Positions 37,027-44,862 of a stretch of DNA of 64,000 nucleotides are shown piece by piece. This DNA comes from Alphaproteobacteria bacterium (lineage in GTDB: Bacteria > Pseudomonadota > Alphaproteobacteria > Rs-D84). Where the stretch lies: assembly GCA_017935245.1 (NCBI GenBank), contig JAGBHZ010000003.1, positions 6,956 through 70,955 on the forward strand. Direction: 5' to 3'. The notes below the pieces were generated by a model. That model had not been told where the DNA came from. It was given only the letters and a program-made list of their open reading frames with translations, and searched no databases. Made by a program: the position numbers and the translations under genes. Positions within the stretch are counted from its first letter, which is position 1. Every line of letters starts with the position of its first letter.

Positions 37027-38433
37027 ATGAAACATATTTTATATGTGTTGTTTTTGTCATGTTTTGTTTCGGGCGCATTTGCAGATGGTACAGATACAAA
37101 TGCAAAATGCCGTGGTTTTAGTTTTGATTACAAATCAGGCCAGGTTGGTTCGGTTGCCTGTGATGGTATGGTGGGAATTGATGCGACAAATACTGCATCA
37201 TGTTCATGTACGTGTAACTCGGGAAACTGGGAAAAATGTACGGTATCATCATGCAAACCGGGGTATAATTTTAATGCAAATTATACGGGCTGTGTCCCCA
37301 GTTACAGTGGCGCCGTGGTTGATAAAAGTGGGACGCCATTGGCATTTGTTACAATTTTATCCAGTCAAGATCGTACAAATTCTTCGTATTTTTATGAAAC
37401 AGATGTTAATGGAAAATTTACAATTCCAACCGATCAATTCCCAGATGATGGTATGGCACTGTTTTCGATAGTTGGGTGCAAGGACAAGACATTGAAATTA
37501 ACATCCGGGATGCGTGTGGTGTTGGATTGTAGTAATGAACTGGATGGGGCAACATTGGTTGAGTGTGGGGCGGATACACTAAAAAAATTAAAGGCCAGTG
37601 CCGCAAAATTTAATCCAGAAACAGATAAGTGCGAAGCGACAACATGTATTGCCGGTGCATATTTTGTGTACAGTAAAGATAATGCGTTCATGGGATATTG
37701 CGAAGATAACTCTTATTGTGGGGCGGGTAAGAAGTTGGTAACAGACGGGTATAAGACATCGCTGGAATGTGTGCCAGATGTTAAATTGCCGGTCTTGGAT
37801 GAAGATATCGAAATAATTGATGAAGAAGTCGAAATAGATGATGATTTGTTCCGTGATTTAAAGGAAGATGATTTTGTGGTAAATAAATTGCCACTTATTC
37901 CGGTTTTGGATGATGATATAGAAATAATCGATGAAGAAGTCGAAATAGATGATGATTTGTTCAAGAATCTGGAAGATTCAAAACTGGATATAAAAATTAT
38001 GAATCCAGATCAGCCAAAAATTGATGCATGTAATAAAAAATATGGTGCACGCTGGAATTCTGTAACACGTACATGTGAATGCATAGACAGGCAAAATACA
38101 GATTGGAATTCTGATAAAACGGCGTGTGTAGAAACCCAAGATGCAAAAATACGCCGTCGTGAATCGGCGATTACAGGTGCGGTTTCAACATTGGATGTAG
38201 CGTTGTCTGATTTAGCCGTCAGCAAATGGAAAACCGCGGATGGTAAATTTAATACGGCGCGTTTGGCATCGGATACGATTGCGGGTGTTGTATTGGGTAC
38301 GGCGGGTGGATTAATAACCAGTCATGTTGTAAAAAAGCACCAGGTAGAAGAAGGTTTTGAAGATATAAAGTGTGTGATTGGTGGCCAAAGCGTTGCCGGA
38401 TGGGGCGATGAATTTAATGTTGGTGTTCATTAA
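37027..38433 (+). CDS. Secreted, C-terminally anchored Cys-rich protein with acidic tandem repeat
   Basis: Signal peptide ...VSGAFA|DG. Cys-rich N-region, CarboxypepD_reg-like GAVVDKSGTPLAFVTILS...TDVNGKFTIP. Two copies of P(V/I)LD(E/D)DIEIIDEEVEIDDDLF. C-terminal TM IAGVVLGTAGGLITSHVV. Confidence 0.6.
   Translation: MKHILYVLFLSCFVSGAFADGTDTNAKCRGFSFDYKSGQVGSVACDGMVGIDATNTASCSCTCNSGNWEKCTVSSCKPGYNFNANYTGCVPSYSGAVVDKSGTPLAFVTILSSQDRTNSSYFYETDVNGKFTIPTDQFPDDGMALFSIVGCKDKTLKLTSGMRVVLDCSNELDGATLVECGADTLKKLKASAAKFNPETDKCEATTCIAGAYFVYSKDNAFMGYCEDNSYCGAGKKLVTDGYKTSLECVPDVKLPVLDEDIEIIDEEVEIDDDLFRDLKEDDFVVNKLPLIPVLDDDIEIIDEEVEIDDDLFKNLEDSKLDIKIMNPDQPKIDACNKKYGARWNSVTRTCECIDRQNTDWNSDKTACVETQDAKIRRRESAITGAVSTLDVALSDLAVSKWKTADGKFNTARLASDTIAGVVLGTAGGLITSHVVKKHQVEEGFEDIKCVIGGQSVAGWGDEFNVGVH
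37789..37962 (+). repeat. 111-nt-period tandem duplication inside the 468-aa gene
   Basis: CCGGTCTTGGATGAAGATATCGAAATAATTGATGAAGAAGTCGAAATAGATGATGATTTGTTC (37789-37851) versus a near-identical copy at 37900-37962. Confidence 0.85.
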
Positions 38434-38461
38434 AAAATTCCCCGCAGTTGCGGGGATTTTT
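38434..38461 (+). terminator. Intrinsic terminator
   Basis: AAAAATTCCCCGCAGTTGCGGGGATTTTT. Near-identical hairpin to the one at 55129. Confidence 0.75.
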
Positions 38462-38521
38462 ATCAATGTGCAATTAATGATTAATATTAATACTGCGATA
38501 AACTTTTATTTATCAAAGCAT

Positions 38522-38550
38522 TTGCCTAATCTAAAATATTCAGTTATAAT
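38522..38550 (+). promoter_or_regulatory. Sigma70-like promoter of cassette 2
   Basis: TTGCCT (38522-27), 17 nt spacer, TATAAT (38545-50). Confidence 0.55.
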
Positions 38551-38556
38551 ATGTGT

Positions 38557-38796
38557 GTTATGGTGTTTTGCCATAATGGGGTGTAGTAACCCGATATAAG
38601 GCGTCTGGATGAAAATAACGAAATATCCTGAATTTCGGGCGCGCCATGTGGCGTGTTTTTTCGTATAGGGTCCAAGCGATAAAAAAACTCCTGATGTATT
38701 ACGTGTCAGGAGGGTTGCGAATATATTGAATAAGCACACAATTCCTTATAATTGTTACTAACCTCCTGACCACTCGAATTTATTCGGTGGTTTTTT
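38557..38796 (+). promoter_or_regulatory. Structured 5' leader / attenuator RNA (copy 1 of a conserved leader)
   Basis: P1 TTATGG-7nt-CCATAA (38558-76). CTCCTGA (38688-94) / TCAGGAGGGTT (38706-16) / AACCTCCTGA (38760-69) alternative pairings. Terminator CCACTCGAA-TTTA-TTCGGTGG plus T6 (38770-96), 25 nt before the ATG. Confidence 0.55.
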
Positions 38797-38821
38797 AATA
38801 ATACAAAATAGGGGGAAAACA

Positions 38822-39259
38822 ATGAAAAAAATTTTAACAATAACAGCGTTGTGTGGGATTTTTGCGGTACCCGCGGGCGCAGTTCAAAAATGCGTGGCGT
38901 TGAACGACGGACCAGATACAGATATGAATTGGTGTTACAATGGTGGAACTAATTTTGGTGATGTTGATTGGAGTAATGCGTGTGATGTATTCACCGGTGC
39001 AACTATAGGTGTATCTGGTGTTTCGGCCTGTTCTGATCGACCCGGTGGTGAACCAATTGGGGCCTTAACTGTATCAGATAATGCGACAGATAACATATAT
39101 TGTTGGTGTATGATGACTGTACCTGCGGTATCGTGGTGGGTGTTTGCTGGTGAGAATACTACAAACTGCCTACACAGTTGCGGGTACACCTGTGCGGAAT
39201 ATTTTGCGGATACGGATTCAGGATTACGATCTGTGATATTGTCAAACCTGGTTAATTAA
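38822..39259 (+). CDS. Secreted Cys-rich protein, type A (A2)
   Basis: GGGGGA SD. Signal peptide ...AVPAGA|VQKCVAL. 9 Cys in the mature part. Paralogue of A1. Confidence 0.65.
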   Translation: MKKILTITALCGIFAVPAGAVQKCVALNDGPDTDMNWCYNGGTNFGDVDWSNACDVFTGATIGVSGVSACSDRPGGEPIGALTVSDNATDNIYCWCMMTVPAVSWWVFAGENTTNCLHSCGYTCAEYFADTDSGLRSVILSNLVN

Positions 39260-39265
39260 AGGGTA

Positions 39266-39544
39266 ATGCGAATGAAACGAATTATATTTTTTCTTATGTG
39301 TGTGCCGATTTTGGCGCACGCCGCCGCACCAAGTGTCAGTTGTCCATCGGGTTATATCGCAATTGACATGCCGGATATAATAATTGCAACATCATGCCCC
39401 AGTGGCTATGTTTCCGTTGGTACGGCGGAATCGTGCCTGGTATCCAATCCCGCGGGAACATGCATAATGTATGCGCCGGTGGGGATGTCATATACAGACG
39501 ATACTGGTACATACGAATTTACAGATGCGTGCCCAATGTCATAG
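39266..39544 (+). CDS. Secreted Cys-rich protein, type B (B2)
   Basis: Signal peptide; SCPSGYIAID...ATSCPSGYVSVGTAESCLVSNPAGTCIMYAPVGMSYTDDTGTYEFTDACPMS. Starts 6 nt after A2. Confidence 0.7.
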   Translation: MRMKRIIFFLMCVPILAHAAAPSVSCPSGYIAIDMPDIIIATSCPSGYVSVGTAESCLVSNPAGTCIMYAPVGMSYTDDTGTYEFTDACPMS

Positions 39545-39545
39545 T

Positions 39546-39580
39546 AAAAATCCCCCAGTTTTTTTGCTGGGGGTGTTTTT
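39546..39580. terminator. Bidirectional intrinsic terminator
   Basis: AAAAATCCCCCAG-TTTTTTTG-CTGGGGGTGTTTTT between convergent B2 and the J-domain gene. Confidence 0.7.
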
Positions 39581-40082
39581 ACTTTTTTCCAAAATGTTTC
39601 TTTAATATTTCGTATGCGGCGGATATGCGCGCAAATTCGGTCGCGGCATTTTTCTTGTCATCTGCGGTGTCGGGGTGGTATTTTTTCGCCAATGCACGGT
39701 ATTTTACACCGACATCACGCCATGTGGCAGATATGCCCAAATCAAATACTTTTAATGATGATACAACATTGGTTGGTAATTTACTTTTTGCAGGAATGCG
39801 GTCAAACTTGGAACGGCCCGTTATAAAATCATTGATGAAGTTTGCGTAATTGTCGGCGTCGGTGTTGGCGCTGGCTTTGTCCTTTAATGGGGCGCCAAAT
39901 GTTTCGCGTTCCCAATCTGCTTCGATTTCGTCGGGTGTCATGTCGGCGTAATAATTCCAATTCTTGTTATATTCGGCGGCATGTTCGGTGCAAAAAAACC
40001 AGTATTCGCGTAAATCGCGTGATTTTGGGGCACGGCATGTGCCGGCCTTGGTGCAACCGGGTTTATCGCATTTTTTTATCAT
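39579..40082 (-). CDS. J-domain (DnaJ-like) protein
   Basis: C-terminal J domain with YRALAKKYHPD (HPD motif) and FARISAAYEILKK. N-terminal Cys cluster CDKPGCTKAGTCRAP..FFCTEH. ATG 40082 avoids overlap with xerD. Confidence 0.75.
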   Translation of the reverse strand: MIKKCDKPGCTKAGTCRAPKSRDLREYWFFCTEHAAEYNKNWNYYADMTPDEIEADWERETFGAPLKDKASANTDADNYANFINDFITGRSKFDRIPAKSKLPTNVVSSLKVFDLGISATWRDVGVKYRALAKKYHPDTADDKKNAATEFARISAAYEILKKHFGKK

Positions 40083-40084
40083 GT

Positions 40085-40945
40085 TTATATATCCTTGGGC
40101 TTTGATAATGGATGACAATTTTCAATGGTTTCGCGTAATTGTTCAGGCATTACATGTGTGTAAATCTGGGTTGTGGAAATGTCTTCGTGGCCCAGCATTG
40201 TTTGAATCACGCGCAGGTTCGCACCACCCGCCAGTAGGTGCGATGCAAACGAATGTCGCAGTACATGCGGGGATACACGATTTGGGGCAATCCCAGAAAG
40301 TACAGCGCACTTTTTTAATAATTTAAAAAATGCATCACGTGTTATATGGCCAGATGCACCATGTGATGGAAATACGTATTTTGAAGCGTCGTCGCCACGT
40401 ACATTTAACCATCGGTTTAATGCGTCAATCGCGCCACTGTGCATGGGGACAATGCGTTCTTTGGCGCCTTTGCCGTGAATTAATAATTTGTCGCCTAAAA
40501 TTGCCGTCATTGGTAATTCGCACAGTTCTGATACGCGCAGGCCAGATGCATACAGCAATTCAATCATTGCACGCAGGCGTGTGGATGTTTTTATGTCGCC
40601 CGCCGATGATATTAGTAAATCGATTTCATCCATACTAAGAAACTTTGGCAGGGGGCGTTCGCGTTTCGGTAATTCCAGGTTGGCCGCCGGATTTGTAGAT
40701 ATGATTTTTTCAAGCATTAAAAATTTATAAAATCCACGCAGGGCAGATGCCTTGCGGGCGATGGATGTCGGCTTGTCCGGTAAAGACGACAAATATTCCT
40801 GGATTGTGTTTGGGGTTGCCCCCATAAGGCCATGTGGAATATTTTTGTCGGCATGGGTCAGGTCTGATTCATATGCCATTAATGTTTTCTGGCTGCGACC
40901 ACGTTCGGCAGATAGGGCCTCTAAAAAAATGTCTATGTAATTCAC
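40085..40945 (-). CDS. xerD: Site-specific tyrosine recombinase XerD (XerC/D family)
   Basis: FLEALSAERGRSQKTLMAYESDL, ASGLRVSEL, HVLRHSFASHLLAGGANLRVIQTMLGHEDISTTQIYTHV (R..HxxR..Y). Start uncertain: GTG 40945 preferred over ATG 41032. Confidence 0.75.
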   Translation of the reverse strand: MNYIDIFLEALSAERGRSQKTLMAYESDLTHADKNIPHGLMGATPNTIQEYLSSLPDKPTSIARKASALRGFYKFLMLEKIISTNPAANLELPKRERPLPKFLSMDEIDLLISSAGDIKTSTRLRAMIELLYASGLRVSELCELPMTAILGDKLLIHGKGAKERIVPMHSGAIDALNRWLNVRGDDASKYVFPSHGASGHITRDAFFKLLKKCAVLSGIAPNRVSPHVLRHSFASHLLAGGANLRVIQTMLGHEDISTTQIYTHVMPEQLRETIENCHPLSKPKDI

Positions 40946-41092
40946 GATGGATACACCACAATTTCGTTTATATGTTGAACCGGGGCAAATGATATTATCA
41001 TTAATATGATTATCGCAATTATCGTGGCCCATATCAGTATGTTGCGCAGGGTTGGATTCTTTTTCTTTTTTAATGGCATTATATCCCCCGTG

Positions 41093-42151
41093 TTATATTG
41101 TATCAAAACTGGTAATAAATATACCGGCACCGGCAATAATGATTAGCGGTGGTGCAATTATTGCCAACAGTGGTGGTAACACACCCGTCGCCCCCAGTGC
41201 ATTAAACATATTTGTTATAAAATACATTGCAAAACATGTGATGATACCAATGCTGAATTTTATACCAAAACTGTAATTACGGCGCTGCTTGGTCTGGGAA
41301 AACGCAACACCCAATGTGGCCATGGCAATCATCGTTAATGGCAGAAACAGCAGTGTCCACAACTGAACCAAATGACCGCGTACGGGGGCGCCAATCTTGG
41401 ACATCTTTTCGATGAATTTTGGTAATTGCCAAAATGAAATCTGGTCGGGTTGTAAATATCTGTCCAGGACCGTTTGTGGATTTAGTAATGTTTCCATATG
41501 CCAATCAGATTTTCGCATGTTGCCATCGTTATCCCATATGGTTGCCGCCGTTGCGTTTAATCCATCATCCGACAGGCGCATTGTTTTTGCATCAATGCGT
41601 TCGATTAATTTAAATGATGGGTTTTGGAAAAATATAGTTGCGTTTTCAAATATTAATATATTGCCAGATTTATGCATGGCATCTGCGTTCATGGTAATAA
41701 AACCGGCCGGTGATGATTCGCGTAACCATATCTGATTGTCGATTAGTTGCAGGTGATCAGGGGTTATGTTTTTGGCACTGATACTGACCGAATATGGATT
41801 TATGATTGTTGTGGCAATAATGCCGATAATTGCGGCACCGATTAAAAATGGGCGGGCGGCCTGGAACGGGGATTGGCCCGCGCTGGAAACAATGATGCTT
41901 TCGCTGGATTTTGTAAGATTATATGATGCCAATAATGTGCCCATAAATACCGCCAATGGTAAAAACAGTGGTACGTATTCCAATAGGCGTACCCATGATT
42001 CATAAAGGGCACTGATTGCATCTGGATTTGATGGCAGGCGTTCCACAAACGTTACCGCCAGAATAATCCCACATACAACAAGCATTACCAACAGGAAGCC
42101 TGAAAAAAATCGGCGCATTAAAAATCTGGTTAAGATATTAATTCTGAACAT
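41093..42151 (-). CDS. LPS export ABC transporter permease, LptF/LptG (YjgP/YjgQ) family
   Basis: MFRINILTRFLMRRFFSGFLLVM..., three N-terminal TMs, periplasmic beta-jellyroll-like segment, three C-terminal TMs. Confidence 0.7.
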   Translation of the reverse strand: MFRINILTRFLMRRFFSGFLLVMLVVCGIILAVTFVERLPSNPDAISALYESWVRLLEYVPLFLPLAVFMGTLLASYNLTKSSESIIVSSAGQSPFQAARPFLIGAAIIGIIATTIINPYSVSISAKNITPDHLQLIDNQIWLRESSPAGFITMNADAMHKSGNILIFENATIFFQNPSFKLIERIDAKTMRLSDDGLNATAATIWDNDGNMRKSDWHMETLLNPQTVLDRYLQPDQISFWQLPKFIEKMSKIGAPVRGHLVQLWTLLFLPLTMIAMATLGVAFSQTKQRRNYSFGIKFSIGIITCFAMYFITNMFNALGATGVLPPLLAIIAPPLIIIAGAGIFITSFDTI

Positions 42152-42236
42152 GGGTAAAATTATAGACCGAAGATTTCCTAATTGCAAAATTAAAATGAAT
42201 TCTTATAATCCATACATTAACAATAGGGATTTTATT

Positions 42237-42707
42237 ATGGAAAAAAAGCCAATATCACGCGCAGGATTTGATAATTTAATCAAAGAATTAAAAGATTTAA
42301 AGGAGGTTCAGCGCCCTGAAATCTTGAAAACGGTACAATGGGCGCGGTCGCTGGGGGATTTGTCTGAAAACGCAGATTACAGCGCGGCAAAGGAAAAACA
42401 ACGCCAAATCGATAAGCGTATTCAGTTTATAGAGGGGGTTATTGAAAACGCCACTATTATCGATGTGGACAGTTTGTCGGGAAATCGCGTCGTGTTTGGT
42501 GCACGGGTTACCGCCGAAGACGAAGATGGTAATGTAATGCAATGTCGCATTTTATCAGATATTGAATCAGATGGACGTATGGTTATTTCATGTACATCAC
42601 CGGTGGGACGTGCAATGATTGGACGATGTGTTGGGGATACATGCATTGTTAAATTGCCCAGCGGGGAAAAAGAATATGAAATCTTGGATGTAAAATTTAA
42701 AGACTAA
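42237..42707 (+). CDS. greA: Transcription elongation factor GreA
   Basis: ISRAGFDNLIKELKDL...ARSLGDLSENADYSAAKEKQ..., C-terminal SPVGRAMIG...G...L. Confidence 0.9.
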   Translation: MEKKPISRAGFDNLIKELKDLKEVQRPEILKTVQWARSLGDLSENADYSAAKEKQRQIDKRIQFIEGVIENATIIDVDSLSGNRVVFGARVTAEDEDGNVMQCRILSDIESDGRMVISCTSPVGRAMIGRCVGDTCIVKLPSGEKEYEILDVKFKD

Positions 42708-42714
42708 AAAAATA

Positions 42715-44472
42715 ATGGCGATACGTGTTTTGCCCGATTTTCTGATTAACCAAATTGCCGCCGGCGAGGTTGTCGAACGTCCCGCAAGTGTGGTCAAAGA
42801 ATTGGTGGAAAATGCACTGGACGCGGGGGCGGATCAGATTGTTATTGATGTCGTTGATGGGGGACGTACATTAATTAGTGTTATTGATAATGGCGCGGGT
42901 ATGAATCGCGAAGATTTGGCAACCGCCGTTATGCGACATGCAACATCAAAATTACCGACCGACGATTTATTAAATATTAACTTTATGGGGTTCCGTGGCG
43001 AAGCGTTGCCATCAATTGCGTCGGTATCAGATATGGAAATTGATACATGCAATGGAACGGATTCAAATGGATGGCATCTGGATTGTAATACAATGGAAAT
43101 AAGCCCCAGTTCATGGGATGCCGGAACGCGCATACGTGTGAAAAACCTGTTTGGACGGACGCCGGCGCGTCTGAAATTCCTGCGGGGGGATAGGGCAGAA
43201 TTGATGAGTGTTCTGGATGTTGTAAAGCGTTTGGCAATGTCGCGGGTGGATGTTGGTTTTACACTGAATAATAAATGGCGTTTCCCGAAAAATCAGGAAT
43301 TAATTGAACGTATTGCGGCCGTTATGGGTGATGACGTGCGTGGACGTATGTTGGATATAGATGCGGTGTCGGTATCAAATTCGGGGTTAAAATTATCTGG
43401 ATTTATTTCTGAACCAACATTGCGGCGCGCGTCCAGTGTGGATCAATATCTGTTTGTAAATGGGCGCCCGGTCAAGGACAAGGTATTGGTCGGTGCATTG
43501 CGTGCGGCGTATATGGATGTTATGCATGCACGGGAATTTCCGCTGTGTGCACTGTATTTAAGTCTGAATCCGCAATCGGTTGATGTTAATGTGTCGCCGT
43601 CCAAGACCGATGTGCATTTTTTAGAGCCGTCGCATGTACGCGGTTTTATAATCAAGAATTTACGGGACAGATTGGCACAAACAATGGTTTCGCAAGCGCC
43701 GGTTGTGCCACGCGCAAAGAGTAATGAGCAAAGTGCAAATGTGTCCGCTAATACTTTTTTTAGATCAAGTGTGGCACAGCCAGCACGATTTGATTTTGGC
43801 ATAACACCGGGGGCATTTATCGTTGCATCGCGTGAGTATGAAAAACCGTCAATACCCACGGAACCATGCGTAGAGCCCGAATTGGATAAAGATATAAAGG
43901 TGCCTGAAACCGGTCTGTTGGGACGCGTGGTGGGTCAGGTTGGAAACAAGTATATAATTGCACAGACGGCGGACGCAATGATTGTTGTGGACCAACATGC
44001 CGCCCATGAACGCATAACATATGAAAAACTGCGCACGCATGCAATAAAGACACAACCATTATTGACACCGATTGTAATCAATATGCGCGAAGAAGATGTG
44101 GCGGCGGTATTGACAATTGCCGATGAAATGCGCGCGTCGGGGTTGCATATTGATGCGTTTGGGGATGATGCAATTGCAATTTTTGAAAAGCCCGCCGATT
44201 GGGATTTAGATTGGGCAACCGTATTCAAATCAATCGCAGACGAGGTACGCGTTAACGGTCATTCATCGGGGTTAAATGAAAAACTGCATTTGAAATTGGC
44301 GAACTATGCGTGTCATCATTCGGTGCGGGCGGGGCAAAAATTGGACATAAATCAAATGGATGCATTGTTGCGTGATATTGACAATACCGAACGGGCGGGG
44401 CAATGTAATCATGGGCGCCCGGTCTATAAGATATTCCCAATTGATGAAATTGATAATTGGTTTGAAAGATAG
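42715..44472 (+). CDS. mutL: DNA mismatch repair endonuclease MutL
   Basis: IRVLPDFLINQIAAGEVVERPASVVKELVENALDAGA, DNGAGM, GFRGEALPSI. C-terminal DQHAAHERI and CNHGRP motifs. Confidence 0.93.
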   Translation: MAIRVLPDFLINQIAAGEVVERPASVVKELVENALDAGADQIVIDVVDGGRTLISVIDNGAGMNREDLATAVMRHATSKLPTDDLLNINFMGFRGEALPSIASVSDMEIDTCNGTDSNGWHLDCNTMEISPSSWDAGTRIRVKNLFGRTPARLKFLRGDRAELMSVLDVVKRLAMSRVDVGFTLNNKWRFPKNQELIERIAAVMGDDVRGRMLDIDAVSVSNSGLKLSGFISEPTLRRASSVDQYLFVNGRPVKDKVLVGALRAAYMDVMHAREFPLCALYLSLNPQSVDVNVSPSKTDVHFLEPSHVRGFIIKNLRDRLAQTMVSQAPVVPRAKSNEQSANVSANTFFRSSVAQPARFDFGITPGAFIVASREYEKPSIPTEPCVEPELDKDIKVPETGLLGRVVGQVGNKYIIAQTADAMIVVDQHAAHERITYEKLRTHAIKTQPLLTPIVINMREEDVAAVLTIADEMRASGLHIDAFGDDAIAIFEKPADWDLDWATVFKSIADEVRVNGHSSGLNEKLHLKLANYACHHSVRAGQKLDINQMDALLRDIDNTERAGQCNHGRPVYKIFPIDEIDNWFER

Positions 44473-44538
44473 TGATTTTTCCTTTACTTTTCTAGGTTTT
44501 TTTACTACTGTGCCAGTATTAAAGCAAGGAGAAATCGT

Positions 44539-44856
44539 ATGGATCAAGCAGCAGTTGTTGTCGATAATGCGGTGCAAACCGCACCGGCCGCCGCCCCCCA
44601 GGGGGATGTGTGGGGTATGTTATTATACCTGGTCATTGTGTTTGGGATTGTATATTTGATGATTATGCGCCCAAACAAAAAACGTATGGCAGAATATCAA
44701 AAAATGCTGGATGCGTTACAGGTGGGTAATCGCGTTATGGCCGCGGGTATCTATGGTACAATCAAAAAAATTAACGAAAAAACAATTGAAATGGAAGTTG
44801 CCAAGGGTGTTGTTATCGAAGTTAACAAAAATGCCGTGGCGGCGGTTGAACAATAA
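44539..44856 (+). CDS. yajC: Preprotein translocase subunit YajC
   Basis: Single TM followed by MRPNKKRMAEYQKMLDALQVGNRVMAAGIYGTI. Precedes secDF. Confidence 0.85.
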   Translation: MDQAAVVVDNAVQTAPAAAPQGDVWGMLLYLVIVFGIVYLMIMRPNKKRMAEYQKMLDALQVGNRVMAAGIYGTIKKINEKTIEMEVAKGVVIEVNKNAVAAVEQ

Positions 44857-44862
44857 AAGGGT

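Noticed and set aside
38471-38490. CtrA box (TTAA-N7-TTAA) within the AT-rich conserved upstream motif.
   Set aside because: The TTAA half-sites are spaced N3 and N2, not N7, so the canonical CtrA spacing is not met.
38555-38600. Primary-sequence resemblance of the leader start (TATGGTGTTTTGCCATAATGGGG) to the fluoride (crcB) riboswitch core (GATGGxGTTCGCCATAAA).
   Set aside because: The 5' GGCG strand needed for fluoride P1 is absent. In both copies the ATGG/CCAT bases instead form a perfect TTATGG/CCATAA hairpin. The downstream CTGATGA..CCTAC pseudoknot segment is missing. The downstream genes are secreted Cys-rich proteins, not fluoride transporters. A formal Rfam scan is still advisable.
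40085-41032. The tyrosine recombinase as an integrase marking a mobile element or prophage.
   Set aside because: The sequence is XerC/XerD-like throughout (core-binding domain plus RHRY catalytic domain of housekeeping type). It is flanked by a J-domain gene and lptF/G, with no att repeats, phage genes or transposase genes.
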